DNA from: Octopus vulgaris
Taxonomy: Eukaryota
Direction of reading: 5' to 3'
NCBI GenBank assembly: GCA_951406725.2
Contig: OX597829.1
Location: forward strand, 26,722,001-26,786,000
Length of the DNA: 64,000 nt
In this document: piece after piece, positions 13,301-23,005 of the stretch
Layout of the letters: each line of letters opens with the position of its first letter
How positions within the stretch are numbered: position 1 is the stretch's first letter
Program-made: the position numbers and the translations under genes
The notes under the pieces: model-generated
Database searches by the model: none
Seen by the model: the letters and a program-made list of their open reading frames with translations, nothing else
Told to the model about the DNA's origin: nothing

Positions 13301-14249
13301 CTGTCTATTATTATGTGTATGGCCTCTGTAATGTAAGTCTTGTGTCTGTTCTATGCGTTGATAATGCCTTAACTGTTATTAACTGTGCTTCTATGTTCTA
13401 ATTGAATATGTTGGCAGAGCACTGATGAGCTCTTCTCCTCTTTGAGTTCCTGCCAGTGTTCAGTTATCCACTTCCCTATGCTACATGCTGTCTCCCCACA
13501 CACTCTGATACAGATGCAAACACATGCACAAATAAAGTACACACCATAGAAAGACAGAATGGACTAAGCAGAACAGGAGGAGATATATGGGATAGAGAAT
13601 CACTGACAGCTTTGTTTTCTAAGTCTTTCACATCTTCATTTACCATTCCAAGCATATTTTGGATGTATCTGTTCCAGTACAGGGATTCAGCACTTATCCT
13701 GGTTTCTGCCATCCCTTTCATGAAGTCCAGTGATTGACTCTCCTCACTTCTTCCCACATTTTCCTTTTTCATTAGATTTTTTCCATTCAGGCCATTGTTG
13801 CTATTGTTCTATGAAATACAATGTCAGAGTTCTGAGGATGGAATGGTCCTTGAGAGCTGGAAGTCCCAGCAAGTATTGAAACAGCTTTGTATCATTTTAA
13901 CCCTTTAGTGTTTAAACTCATCATATCTGCCCAAAATATTCTACCTATTTTGTGTTAAAAAATGGCCAGATCTGGCCTCTGACACCTTTCTGAAAATGTC
14001 CTAAAAATATGCAATCACATCAATGAAATCTTGAGGCTATAAGATAATGCATAATTAATTCAAAACAGTGTGAATAAATAAACATTACATTTGAAAGAAT
14101 AATCTGAATGCTTAGGGTAAATTTTTTTTTATTTTTTTAGTCAAAGGGAAGGGTACATTTCAAGTCAAGATGATGCCATAGCAAATTTGGCTTCAACATT
14201 AAAAATAACAGACAAGCAAGATGCAAATGGAAACATGAAATGTAAATAA
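34..14249 (+). CDS. Unrecognised multi-exon gene, ~594 aa; coding exons 34-907, 3647-3801, 5394-5846, 6641-6688, 8162-8226, 9671-9751, 14141-14249
   Basis: All six introns are GT-AG with matching phases (1,0,0,0,2,2). Summed CDS is 1785 nt = 594 codons + TAA. An in-frame TAA at 28-30 fixes ATG 34 as the start. The C-terminal exons give a heptad-rich segment (ILEENRILKNELKHLQSSLLTSEKHLSGAKEEIQKLNEQNKMLDDLVRNL). No family recognised; the donor at 8227 (gtataa) is weak. Confidence 0.7.
1716..1945 (+). mobile_element. SINE family B with a Meta-domain-like core; other copies at ~5033-5245, 42690-42860 and 59670-59810 (+), and 17170-17380, 27830-28010, 48275-48493 and 51570-51695 (-)
   Basis: Head gagctggcagaa...gagttcaaattc and core gcctttcatcctttcggggtcgataaattaagtac repeated across the window. 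Confidence 0.8.
2972..3180. repeat. (TA)n, (CA)n, (GA)n, (GT)n microsatellite cluster
   Basis: Directly visible. Confidence 0.95.
3647..3801 (+). CDS. Gene 1 exon (Ser/Thr/Pro-rich)
   Basis: Acceptor tttcag, donor GAT|gtaagt, in phase with both neighbours. Confidence 0.7.
4264..4645 (-). mobile_element. tRNA-derived SINE family C; related copy at ~1210-1500
   Basis: On -: tRNA-like head tggcctagaggttagggcagtggactcgcagtc...gattcccag; body shared with 1210-1370. Confidence 0.72.
5394..5846 (+). CDS. Gene 1 exon, 151 codons
   Basis: Acceptor tttttcag, donor AAG|gtaatt, open frame matching ORF 5442. Confidence 0.75.
5897..6200. repeat. Compound tetranucleotide microsatellite (TATG/GATG/GATA/GGTA, then CA)
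   Basis: Directly visible. Confidence 0.95.
6641..6688 (+). CDS. Gene 1 exon (start of coiled coil, ILEENRILKNELKHLQ)
   Basis: Poly-T acceptor ending taag, donor CAG|gtgatt, phase 0/0. Confidence 0.65.
6756..7988 (-). mobile_element. Decayed Tc1-family DNA transposon
   Basis: ~30-bp TIRs (caggggttgaacaaaataatagacac / gtgtttccattattttgtccaacccccag); frameshifted transposase with MTDLSNFQRGQIVGAR HTH, VKHGGGSVMI and WPPQSPDLNII. Confidence 0.88.
8162..8226 (+). CDS. Gene 1 exon (coiled coil)
   Basis: Acceptor ctatag; SSLLTSEKHLSGAKEEIQKLN; weak donor gtataa gives the phase 2 required by the next exon. Confidence 0.55.
8310..8601 (+). mobile_element. RTE 3'-end fragment with (TGA)n tail; similar fragments at ~32503-32610, 49355-50020 and 58495-58850 (-), and 33180-33700 and 39420-39730 (+)
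   Basis: Matches the 3' UTR or C-terminal sequence of the longer RTE copies in this window. Confidence 0.75.
8640..9095. repeat. Diverged ~125-bp tandem repeat (3-4 units); same family at 52545-52820
   Basis: Recurrent catctggtaatgttacct...tgtcttatcc...ctatattctacattgccacag. Confidence 0.75.
9191..9481. mobile_element. hAT-type MITE
   Basis: Terminus cagtgctactcaaa, degenerate inverted end gagaagcatta, perfect 8-bp TSD CTTTACAG (9183-9190, 9482-9489). Confidence 0.8.
9671..9751 (+). CDS. Gene 1 exon (coiled coil)
   Basis: Acceptor cttcag, donor AG|gtaaag, QNKMLDDLVRNLSHENKMYCEMINSL. Confidence 0.65.
10127..10190 (+). ncRNA. Minimal type I hammerhead ribozyme, apparently intact
   Basis: CCAC-CTGAAGA-ATGTCT...AGACAT-GAAAC-GATC-GT-A-GTGG: complete core, stems I and II paired, palindromic stem III, GUA cleavage triplet. 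Confidence 0.8.
10669..11085 (+). mobile_element. tRNA-derived SINE family A (CORE-like segment, internal (TA)n(TG)n); further copies at ~18731-19085, 21721-22117, 30822-31180, 32338-32830, 34796-35160, 41500-41985 and 43381-43635 (+), and 55230-55385 and 60115-60490 (-)
   Basis: Repeated head gtggctgtgtggtaag...ggttcagtccca, then gcaccttgggcaagtgtc, and tail gactgaaacaagtaaaaga. Confidence 0.88.
11160..12275 (-). mobile_element. Decayed RLE-type (R4/Dong-like) non-LTR retrotransposon 3' region
   Basis: CQFCCTVVEDITHIINSC zinc knuckle followed by NRPDIILWNREQKSCIVVEVSYPAD restriction-like endonuclease motif. Confidence 0.75.
12362..12690 (+). mobile_element. Penelope-like retroelement relic (C-terminal GIY-YIG endonuclease region)
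   Basis: Frame reads YYYIDLSAVI*KSRFDHHYHSFQ...STNLSKCIW...YDLKWSFI...YNTANSKCDLCLEE...LLN...KCCH, matching the YIG..KxR..H..SF / LS..IW / CxLC..E / LLN..CxH layout of PLE endonucleases; adjacent to (TA)n. Confidence 0.7.
13897..14120. mobile_element. TTAA-CCCTT-ended (piggyBac-like) MITE; related copy at ~1990-2212, other TTAA-type copies near 18350-18600, 20020-20242, 53212-53498 and 56275-56640
   Basis: ttaacccttt...aagggtta termini and shared internal sequence between copies. Confidence 0.55.
14141..14249 (+). CDS. Gene 1 last coding exon (stop TAA 14247-14249; further donor at 14275)
   Basis: Strong poly-T acceptor, phase 2 consistent with the previous exon; donor aag|gtaatt 25 nt after the stop implies a further UTR exon. 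Confidence 0.55.
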
Positions 14250-14369
14250 ACATTACTCAAAGATTCTGCAAAAGGTAATTTTAATTGACATTTTTATTGA
14301 ATATTCTTGATTTTGAAGAACACTTTAAAGTAGATGCTTCGCAACATATTGGCTACCAGGCAAATCAAG

Positions 14370-14730
14370 GGCCTTATAGTATTTATTTACTGACAACAAG
14401 CCACAGCATGCATAGATCAACATGGAGTCCACTAGACAAATCAATGCATTGAGCCTTATGGTATTTATTTGTTGACAGTAAGCCACAACATACATAGATC
14501 AGAACTGAGCCCCTAGACCAGTGAGGCCCCTGAATAGAACAATGCACTGGACCCTATATCATTTATTTATTGACAGCAAGCCACAACATAGAGCATTATT
14601 GAGCCCCTAGGCCCATGAGACACCTGAGCAAATCAACGCACTGGGCCATGTCATATTTATTTATTGACAAGTCACAGTATACATAGATCAGAATTGGGGC
14701 CTCTAGACCTGTGAGGACCCCAAGAATCAG
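14370..14730. repeat. Diverged ~85-110-bp tandem repeat, 4 units
   Basis: Recurrent atttatttattgacagcaagccacaacatacatagatca. Confidence 0.75.
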
Positions 14731-15029
14731 CCTAGTGTGCCTATGCCTTCAGATAGTACTTTATCTGAAGCTGCTATAACCTCATGAACTTTGCATGTCT
14801 ATACACACCTTCTTGTATCATGTCACTTCACAATAAAATCTCTTAATGAAATATTTGTAGATATACTGTAAAATACATTCACCTATTTTATTATTTTATT
14901 ATACCATGCCTAATGTTCCATATTACATTGGATAATCTTGGATTTGCAACATGCTGAAGATCGTGATGCATTCTTTGCAAATTGACTGGATCATTCTATC
15001 TGTTGGTTTATGTCATACTGTCTAATCAG

Positions 15030-16640
15030 TTGTAGGTAATTATGCCACTTGTAAATCCACCACCAGCAATTTTGTTTCTAGTAATTTCCCCCTTGGTAAA
15101 TTCGCCACTGAAAATTTTATCCCTGGTAAATTCGCCACTGGTAACTTCTGATGATTTTATGCCCGTAATTTTCTCAAAGTAAGTATATTCTATACTTGGA
15201 ACATACGACTCACACAGAGTTGTCAAAACAAGTAGTGCAATATCATTGGCACATTTTTATTTGCAAAACATATCTCAGAAGTACTAAACCATCATAGTAT
15301 TGACACAGGAATATTTACCAATCAATTGAAAAAAAATGTTTAGGCACAAAGCAAAAATACCTATTAGCTGACAAATCTTAAATTTGACATTGGAAAAAGG
15401 TTTCGCATAAATAATAATAACTAACATTCTAACATAGAAAAAAATGTTTTGGCAAAAATAGCTGAGTAGTGTGACATTGAAAAAATGGTTCCACAAAAAT
15501 AGTTGAGCAGTCTGACATAGGAAAATTGTTCCACAAAAATGATAATGGCTGAGCAGTCTTACATATGAAAAATAATTTGGGAACAACAGCTGAGCAGTGT
15601 TACATAGGAAAAATTGTTCCTCAACAATGAAGCATTCTTAAAAATATCAATTTGTTTACAAATATAAATGAAAAAAATACGTGATGTGATTACTGACGGA
15701 CAATTCTCAGATCAGTTTTGGGGGTTCAGCCAGATATTCCATGCAACTCCTTGCAGAATTTCAGCAATGGCACATTGGCTGAGGTCAAGTTCTTGACAAA
15801 GGGCCTGCAAGTGATGCTGTAATTGAACTTAATCTCATTTTGGTCCCATTTTGCCAACTTCATATAGCATGGTTGTAGTCAATCTACTGGCCTCCTGATG
15901 TTGTAACCACTGGACACAGTTGGGTGGTAATGCCAAACCAAACTTTAAAATTTATAGTTCCAACCTTCATAAATGTTGTTTGTGCATGGATTTCCTTTTA
16001 CTGTGGTTTTGTGTTAATTCTACAACTCTGGTGGAAACATGGGTAGAATGTGACGAAGATTCAAAACCAATCTGCCTGCATCAAGTCAACGTTATAAACC
16101 AGAGACCTAGGTTTAATCAAAACAGTACAGGAGGTCCTGTGCTTCATTAGGCACAATATTCCTCAGAACTTGCATCCCCGCTCGAACTTGGCAGTGGTAA
16201 GAAGGCCAGGCCATCAAGCGTGCCAACAAAATGTCACAATTCTACATTGGTGCTATACAGGTTCATTAAGCCTAGGTCCTGGATTTTCTGTCACATACTT
16301 TGAGTTAAATGATAAAAGTAACCCTGACTGTAGATGTTCTGCCCCAAAACGACTTGCATGGCATGAACAGCATCCTCAAAATCTGTCATGGTGGTTGGGA
16401 AAGTTGTTGGCATTTATCAACAAGAACTTGGAGGAGTTCTTTGTATGTTTCACAATGTTTAGTTGACAGCAGGGCAAAAACTGAAGTTATGTAGTTGTTT
16501 CTGAGTGGGTTCAGTTGCAAAATCTAGGATTCTGACATTGCGATTTGGGTTATTACAATATAGCACAAAATGTTCTCTGCATATTATTGTTTTATATTTG
16601 TCAGGCAATTTCCCCCAGTTCGTGAAGTCGTTGAGTATCC
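15030..16640 (-). mobile_element. Decayed MULE (Mutator-like) transposon
   Basis: Broken frames with VFALLSTKHCETY, TDFEDAV, YFYHLTQS..KIQDLGL and TNNIYEGWN; short subterminal tandem repeats at 15050-15160 and 15400-15625. Confidence 0.7.
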
Positions 16641-19600
16641 AACCCATATCAGCATGGGAAACAGACATTAACTGATGATGATGAAACATACACATATGTA
16701 TATATCTTTAATTACTGTCATTCTTCTTCTTTAAAATTTAGGTGCTGATTTCCAATCAAATTGAAATACCTTGATCCTGATCAGCAATAACTTGAAAACT
16801 TATATAATCAGTACCTCAGTCCTTACCTGTTTTCCTTAATTTTAAAAGTATATTTTCCTTGCCAAATAATTTTGAAACATGTTTACATATGAAGATAATT
16901 TTGAAAATTAATATCTTCTCCTGAAAAAAATCACAAACTCATGATTTTAAAACTAATTCACTTTAAAAAAAAATGTTAAACTTTAAACAAAGAAAGACAA
17001 TCATATATATTTTTTATTGGTGTGAACAATTGACATCTCTCGCTTGTAATTCTTCAAATTCTCACTGGAAAAAAAATCTGTTTTTACATTTAAAATTAAT
17101 GTACTGCCAGCAAAATGACCCAAGCAAATCCCCAAGGACGCAGTCTTTCGCAAATCTAACATTAATGATAGTATCAAATTTTGGCACAGGGCTAGCAATT
17201 TAAGTTGACGGGATTAGTCAATTACATCAACTCCAGTGTTTAAGTGGTACTTATTTTATCAATCCCAGATGGATGTAAAGATGAAAGTTGACCTCGGTAA
17301 TCTGAACTCGGAACATAAAGCCAGAAGAAATGCCACTAAACATTTTGTCCAGTGTGCTAACAGTTCTGGAAGATTAGCTTCCTTTCACAACAGAAACTAA
17401 CATAATATGTTTCTCTATTGTATAACAAGTTAAAATACAATCTGCTTTTCATTAAAAAAAAAAATTCTTGATGCAGTTTTAATTTCTCTTTTACTCGGTC
17501 TTTTTCAATTACATTATTAATAATGCTAATAAGAGGTGTGAATTCTACAGCACATCTTTCCTTGTTCTTGTTTTTGGCTATAGAAGCCAATTAAGTAATT
17601 TAGCACTTTGTAATTCTATTACTATTATTTTATACAAAATGATGGTAGGTGTTGGAACATAATGATGAGCGCCATGATGCTGCAAGTAGTTTAAGCAACC
17701 CTCCTGTGGGAAGTGTGCCACCGGAGCGAGAGGCTCTGTCAGTGGGAATTGTGCCACTGACAGAGAAGGTTGAGGCTTCTCCCCGTGAGAATGAGGTGGA
17801 ACTTTTCATCTTCTACCTCAGGAGAAGGCCTGTTGAGATGTACTTGGACAGTCTTCTAGACCATGAACGACCCGGTCTGTATAGATGGTCCATGTTGGCC
17901 TGCGGAGGTCGTTACCCAAGAAGAATTGAGGTCAGGAGGACTTGCAATAATGATGATTTTGTGTCCCTCTGTCCAGGCCTGCCAATGCAGGCTTTCCTGC
18001 AGGAGGCAGGAAACTTACTTGGGGGGGGGGGGGGCTGGACAAGGAAGATGAATGAAAAATGAATTTTGGTTTTTTTGAAATTTTTATACTTGTACTGCAT
18101 ATTAAATTTTTATTCTTGAATTGTAGATTGAACAGTGTTTTTGAGAGGTTATCGGTTGGCGAGCACCAGTGCCCCTCCCATTTTTATTCATTTTTGTCGT
18201 TATCATCCTCATCACATTAATGTCCTTGTCCAGCCAGCAACTACTCTGTGTACTGCCCTTGTGGCAAACTATGTGAACAAAAGTAGTTTAAGCAATAGTG
18301 ATTTCAGAGGCATTAAGCCAAACTAACAACTGATAAACAGATCTCTACACCTTAACCCTTTTGTTATCACATGAAATTTCATTGAGATCCCTTTAACCCA
18401 TTTGCTATCATATTAGTTGAAAACACTGATTTTGTTTCAATTAATTTTAGAAATAAGGATGAATTTAATTAAAATAATTTTGTCATTAAAAACCTGGTGT
18501 TTGGAACATAAATTAACATGAAATTTTGAAGGAAGATTTAAATTTAGATAATTTTAAAGCAAGAAATTTCTATCAAAGAACTATGGGCTATTTCATGCAG
18601 GATAGTCTCAAGAAAATATTTGGATTTTGTTAACACCTGTCTCACTAAATCCAGTCATTCTATTTCAAATGTAAGATTCTTTATCTGTAATCCTTTTGTT
18701 TGTCATTCTTCAACATAAACATACACTATAGATCCAGGTGTGGCTGCATGCTAAGTTTGCTTCTTAATCACAAGGTTCCAGGTTCAGTGTCACTGTATGG
18801 CACCTTGGACAAGTGTCTTCTACTCTAGCCTCAGGCCAACCAAAGCTTTGTGAGAGGATTTGGTAGACAAAAACTGAAAAAGAAGCCCATCATATATATA
18901 TGTATGTTGTGTCATTGTTCCCCACCACTTCTTGACAACCAGTGTTGGTGTGTCTATGAGCCCTGTAACATAGTGGTACCAGGCTTAAAAGAAAAAATAA
19001 GTACCGAGATCAATTAATTCAACTAAAGATATTTCAAGGCAGTGCCCCAATATGGCTGCAGTCTAATGACTGAAACAAGTAAAACATACTTCCCAAAGGC
19101 ACTTTACACCAGGCCAGAATGAGAGATGCAGCAAATCTTCAGTGAAGCTGGGGTTTTTCTTTGTATTGGTTTCTTTGTGTACTCTCCTCACAGCTAAGTT
19201 GCCTTCTTACAGATCTCAACAGAATAAAGACTGTAGGACCCTAGAATCACTCATCCATACAGGGGATCCAAACATTTTGTCTTACTTTTAACAATGCTCT
19301 ACATCAAGTAGCAGCTTAGTCCCTCAACATGCAATATTGTAAGTCTAAGCTAAGCACAAGGTTTTATTAGGCCACCTACAGCTATTCTCAGGAAGCTGAA
19401 AAGTTTACTGATGATGGTTGTTGGCAGTTCAGCGTTCAACCATGTTGGGAGTTCAACTTTTAGCCCTCTGATGGACAATCTTCAAAGACCATGCAGAAGA
19501 ATGCTCAATTTTATATAAAAGGGTAGCAAATGTTGTAGGATAATGGTAGACATTGTGTCACTTCCATCAAAACTGCTGTTTTGCTATTTGTAAATTCAGA

Positions 19601-20567
19601 AATGAGGAGTACACCAGCCATCAGTAAACAAAATTCTATGCCTTAAAATGGATCTTACTAACACAGACTGCATGGGATCCATTCATTTTGCTTCAAACAT
19701 ACGAATTCCAAGAATTTTTTAATTTGAAGATTTCTAAAATAAAGAATACTCAAAACACCAGGATGACAGCAGCAATGCCAGAAATGAAGATGGTGTCATA
19801 ATTATTTTATGACTTATTCACAATGACTGTAGGACAAGACACATCTGAGACAGAAGTTTAAAATGTTTCTAGATATTACATAGATAATAATAATTCAATA
19901 TAGTTTATTACCTTTGGAAACCACAATAAGCATTTGTACAGTGTTCATTTTTATTTCCTCTTCCAATATACTCAAATCAAATGTTGGCCCTCACTTCATA
20001 CCTATTGAAATATCAGAGTTAACCCTTTAGTCACCGTATTTCTATTGATATACACTGCCTTTATTTCAATTAATTTTGAAAAAAAAAAAAGAATTTAGTG
20101 AAATAAACCTGCCATTATTAAACTGGTCTTTAGAACATACATTAACAGGGAATTTTGATGGAAGGTTTTAATTTAAATCAAGAAGAAGTTTGTGTCATAG
20201 CAACAGGTGTGGTCTCAGACAGGTTGGTATCTAAAGGATTAATTGTAATTTGATGGAGCTCAAGGTTTATATTTTATGTCTAAAAGCTCCTTGCTTATAA
20301 AGCACCAGTTCTAATCTCTAATACAAAAATGCATTTATCTACAAACAAAATATATATCAAACTGAACAACAGAGAATGAGTGTTCTCTAAGAATCAGATT
20401 TATAATTTCTGGACTCAAAATGACAGTAATTTATTATACAATATTAAATTAAGATAAAGTCTGTCTCGAACCCACAGGTCAGGACCATATCCCAGTTTCT
20501 GTGACATTTAACCCTTTTGTTACCATATTTCTATTGAAATATGCTTGGTGGGTGGGGTGGGGTGGGG

Positions 20568-21230
20568 TTCTAGGCGAGTTTGTCTAAAATACAATTAATC
20601 TAAATGCAATTTGTCTAAAACACAATCTGACTAAAAAATAAAAACTTTTACTTTGTTGATAAATTCATATTTTTTGTTCAGAATTTATAATTCTTTGGGT
20701 TTATAACTAGCTGCTAACTATATTTATAAATATATTAGGATTATTTTAATACAAAATGCATAAAAAACAAAAGATAGTATTTTTTACTGAAAGGACTCAT
20801 TAAATCCGAAAAGGAAAGGCTGTGTGCTATACCACGAACATAGTCAGTAATATTTTGTGCATCAAAATTTTGAACAAGACTTTTTATTTGTTTTGCAGCA
20901 TCTTGATAGCTTCTTCTGTTTTGTCCAGCAATAACAGAAACACAAGCTGTAGCGAAGCTTTCTCTTTTAATCCATGTAGGGTATATAACTGGTGAAATAA
21001 CAAAGACACTGTTTTAAATGTGTGGTCTGCATACCAGCGACTGCTTATTGATAAACACTGTAAATTACACTGTGTCGCAAATATCACAATATACTTTTCA
21101 ACTGGTCCTGAGTCATAAAGCAGAAATTGATCACCTATAAAAGATTTAGTAAGTCCAGGTGGGAAAAACTATTTCACTGCAAGTTGATGGTAGGGCCAGT
21201 CCAGTAAGGGTTTGTTGCCTTATAGATGTT
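20568..21230 (-). mobile_element. Second MULE transposase fragment
   Basis: WYADHTFKTVSLLFHQLYTLHG...LVFLLLLDKTEE (degenerate DGTF..F.QLYT.H motif). Confidence 0.75.
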
Positions 21231-21527
21231 GTTATATATCTCAAGGCATAGGTGAGGATATAAACCACAGAGGGATAAAAATATCCAAGATTATACTGGT
21301 TGAATACCTAACAATATAGGCACATACATATATATATATTATTAATATTATTAAAAACCAAGAGAGAAGATGGAGACAAGCAGTGTTTCAGTATGAGCAG
21401 AATTCAGGTTAGTTGAAATATGTTTGTAACATATTTCAACTGCTAAAGGCAAATACACTGCAGTTACGGTAGAAATAAAAAAATCTCTCTTTTGATAAGT
21501 TCATTCAGAGTTGCCTCTCTTAGGTAC

Positions 21528-21574
21528 ATCTCATTGACAAGAGTCAAGAAACTCGAAACATCGATGTCTAAGAT
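21528..21574 (+). ncRNA. Degenerate type I hammerhead motif
   Basis: atctca-TTGACAA (from CTGACGA)-GAGT caagaa ACTC-GAAAC-ATCGAT-GTC-taagat. Confidence 0.6.
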
Positions 21575-21891
21575 TCCTGAGAGATGACGACACTGAATAT
21601 GGAGATTTTTTTCTCCATAGTAACCACAGTGTATTTTCCTTTAGCAGTTAAAATATGCGACAAATAAATTTCAACTAGCACAAAATTCTGCTTATATATA
21701 TATATATATATATATATACAGGCACAGGAATGGTTGTGTGGTAAGTCGCTTGCTTACCAACCACATGGTTCCGGGTTCAGTCCCATTGCATGGCACCTTG
21801 GGCAAGTGTCTTCTACTATAGCCTCAGGCCAACCAAAGCCTTGTGAGTGGACTGGGTAGACGGAAATTGAAAGAAGCCTGTCGTATATGTG

Positions 21892-21930
<39 letters not shown>

Positions 21931-23005
21931 ATGTTTGTCCCCCCTAACATCGCTTGACAACCGATGCTGGTGTGTTTACGTCGCCATAACTTAGCGGTTC
22001 GGCAAAAGAGACCGATAGAATAAGTACTAGGCTTACAAAGAATAAGTCGATTTGCTCGACTAATGTCGGTGCTCCAGCATGGCCGCAGTCAAATGACCGA
22101 AACAAATAAAAGAATATAACTTATGGAGAGAGAGTAAGTTGAAGGCTATAATTATTGTTTTAACAACTACTTTTACATTCCCACATAGGTTGGACGGCGT
22201 TAGTTGCGAATGAGGGAGATGTATGCATGACCTTGTGGCTGACAACTTCGTTTCCTAAAGATGTAGTTGCGTATTCAGTACCCACCAGGGGACGCGTCTT
22301 CTACAATAACTCAGACTGACAAATGATTTTTGAGAAGTTTTAGACGAAAAAAGAAAGCTGGTTTGTGTATCTGTAGTTGTTTACAATATGTACTTCCTTG
22401 AAAATCTACGAGCTGCAAATGGTAATGTTGTCATTTCTTCAGTCACCAAATTATCTACAGCCTTTGCGTCTTTAAAGATGTGTGGAAGATCTGTAGATCC
22501 CTTACTTGAAAAACAGGTAAGAGTTTTAAGATTTAATGTAAGGAAGGACAGCTGACTGTAAAACAATACCTCGATAATATTAATCTAAGCCAAACCAGCA
22601 TAGTAAACCACCAATAAAAAAAAAAAACAAGTACACACTTATAGATTTCAACCATCCGATACCAACAGTTTCATAATAGTGTGGCTTGAGGTTTTGTGTG
22701 ATTACGAACAATGATGGATACCAAATTGTGGCAAAGGAAGAAAGTGTATGAAGGGAAGTAAATCACACAGGAAGTGTAGTATTGGTTGTTTCCCTTGTCT
22801 ATTTTCGATGCAAGAATGAAACATTTTGTTACTGTTAGAATACATCTGATGCATTTACATTTAGTTGAAATTCATTTCATATGAGAGTAGTTAGAAATAG
22901 TGTAAAATGTCTCAAAACACATCGATTCAAGACACTGTCAAAGACTTCAAGGTAAATTACAGTGAAACTGTTGTCCATTGACGCGCTTTTTTTTATTTAA
23001 ATTTT

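Noticed and set aside
14370-14730. Repeat-spacer-like periodicity resembling a CRISPR array
   Set aside because: Eukaryotic DNA; the units are diverged whole-unit tandem repeats with no unique spacers and no cas genes.
20550-20567. G-quadruplex motif GGGTGGGGTGGGGTGGGG
   Set aside because: The motif is real but sits at a junction between two decayed transposons, with no evidence of function.
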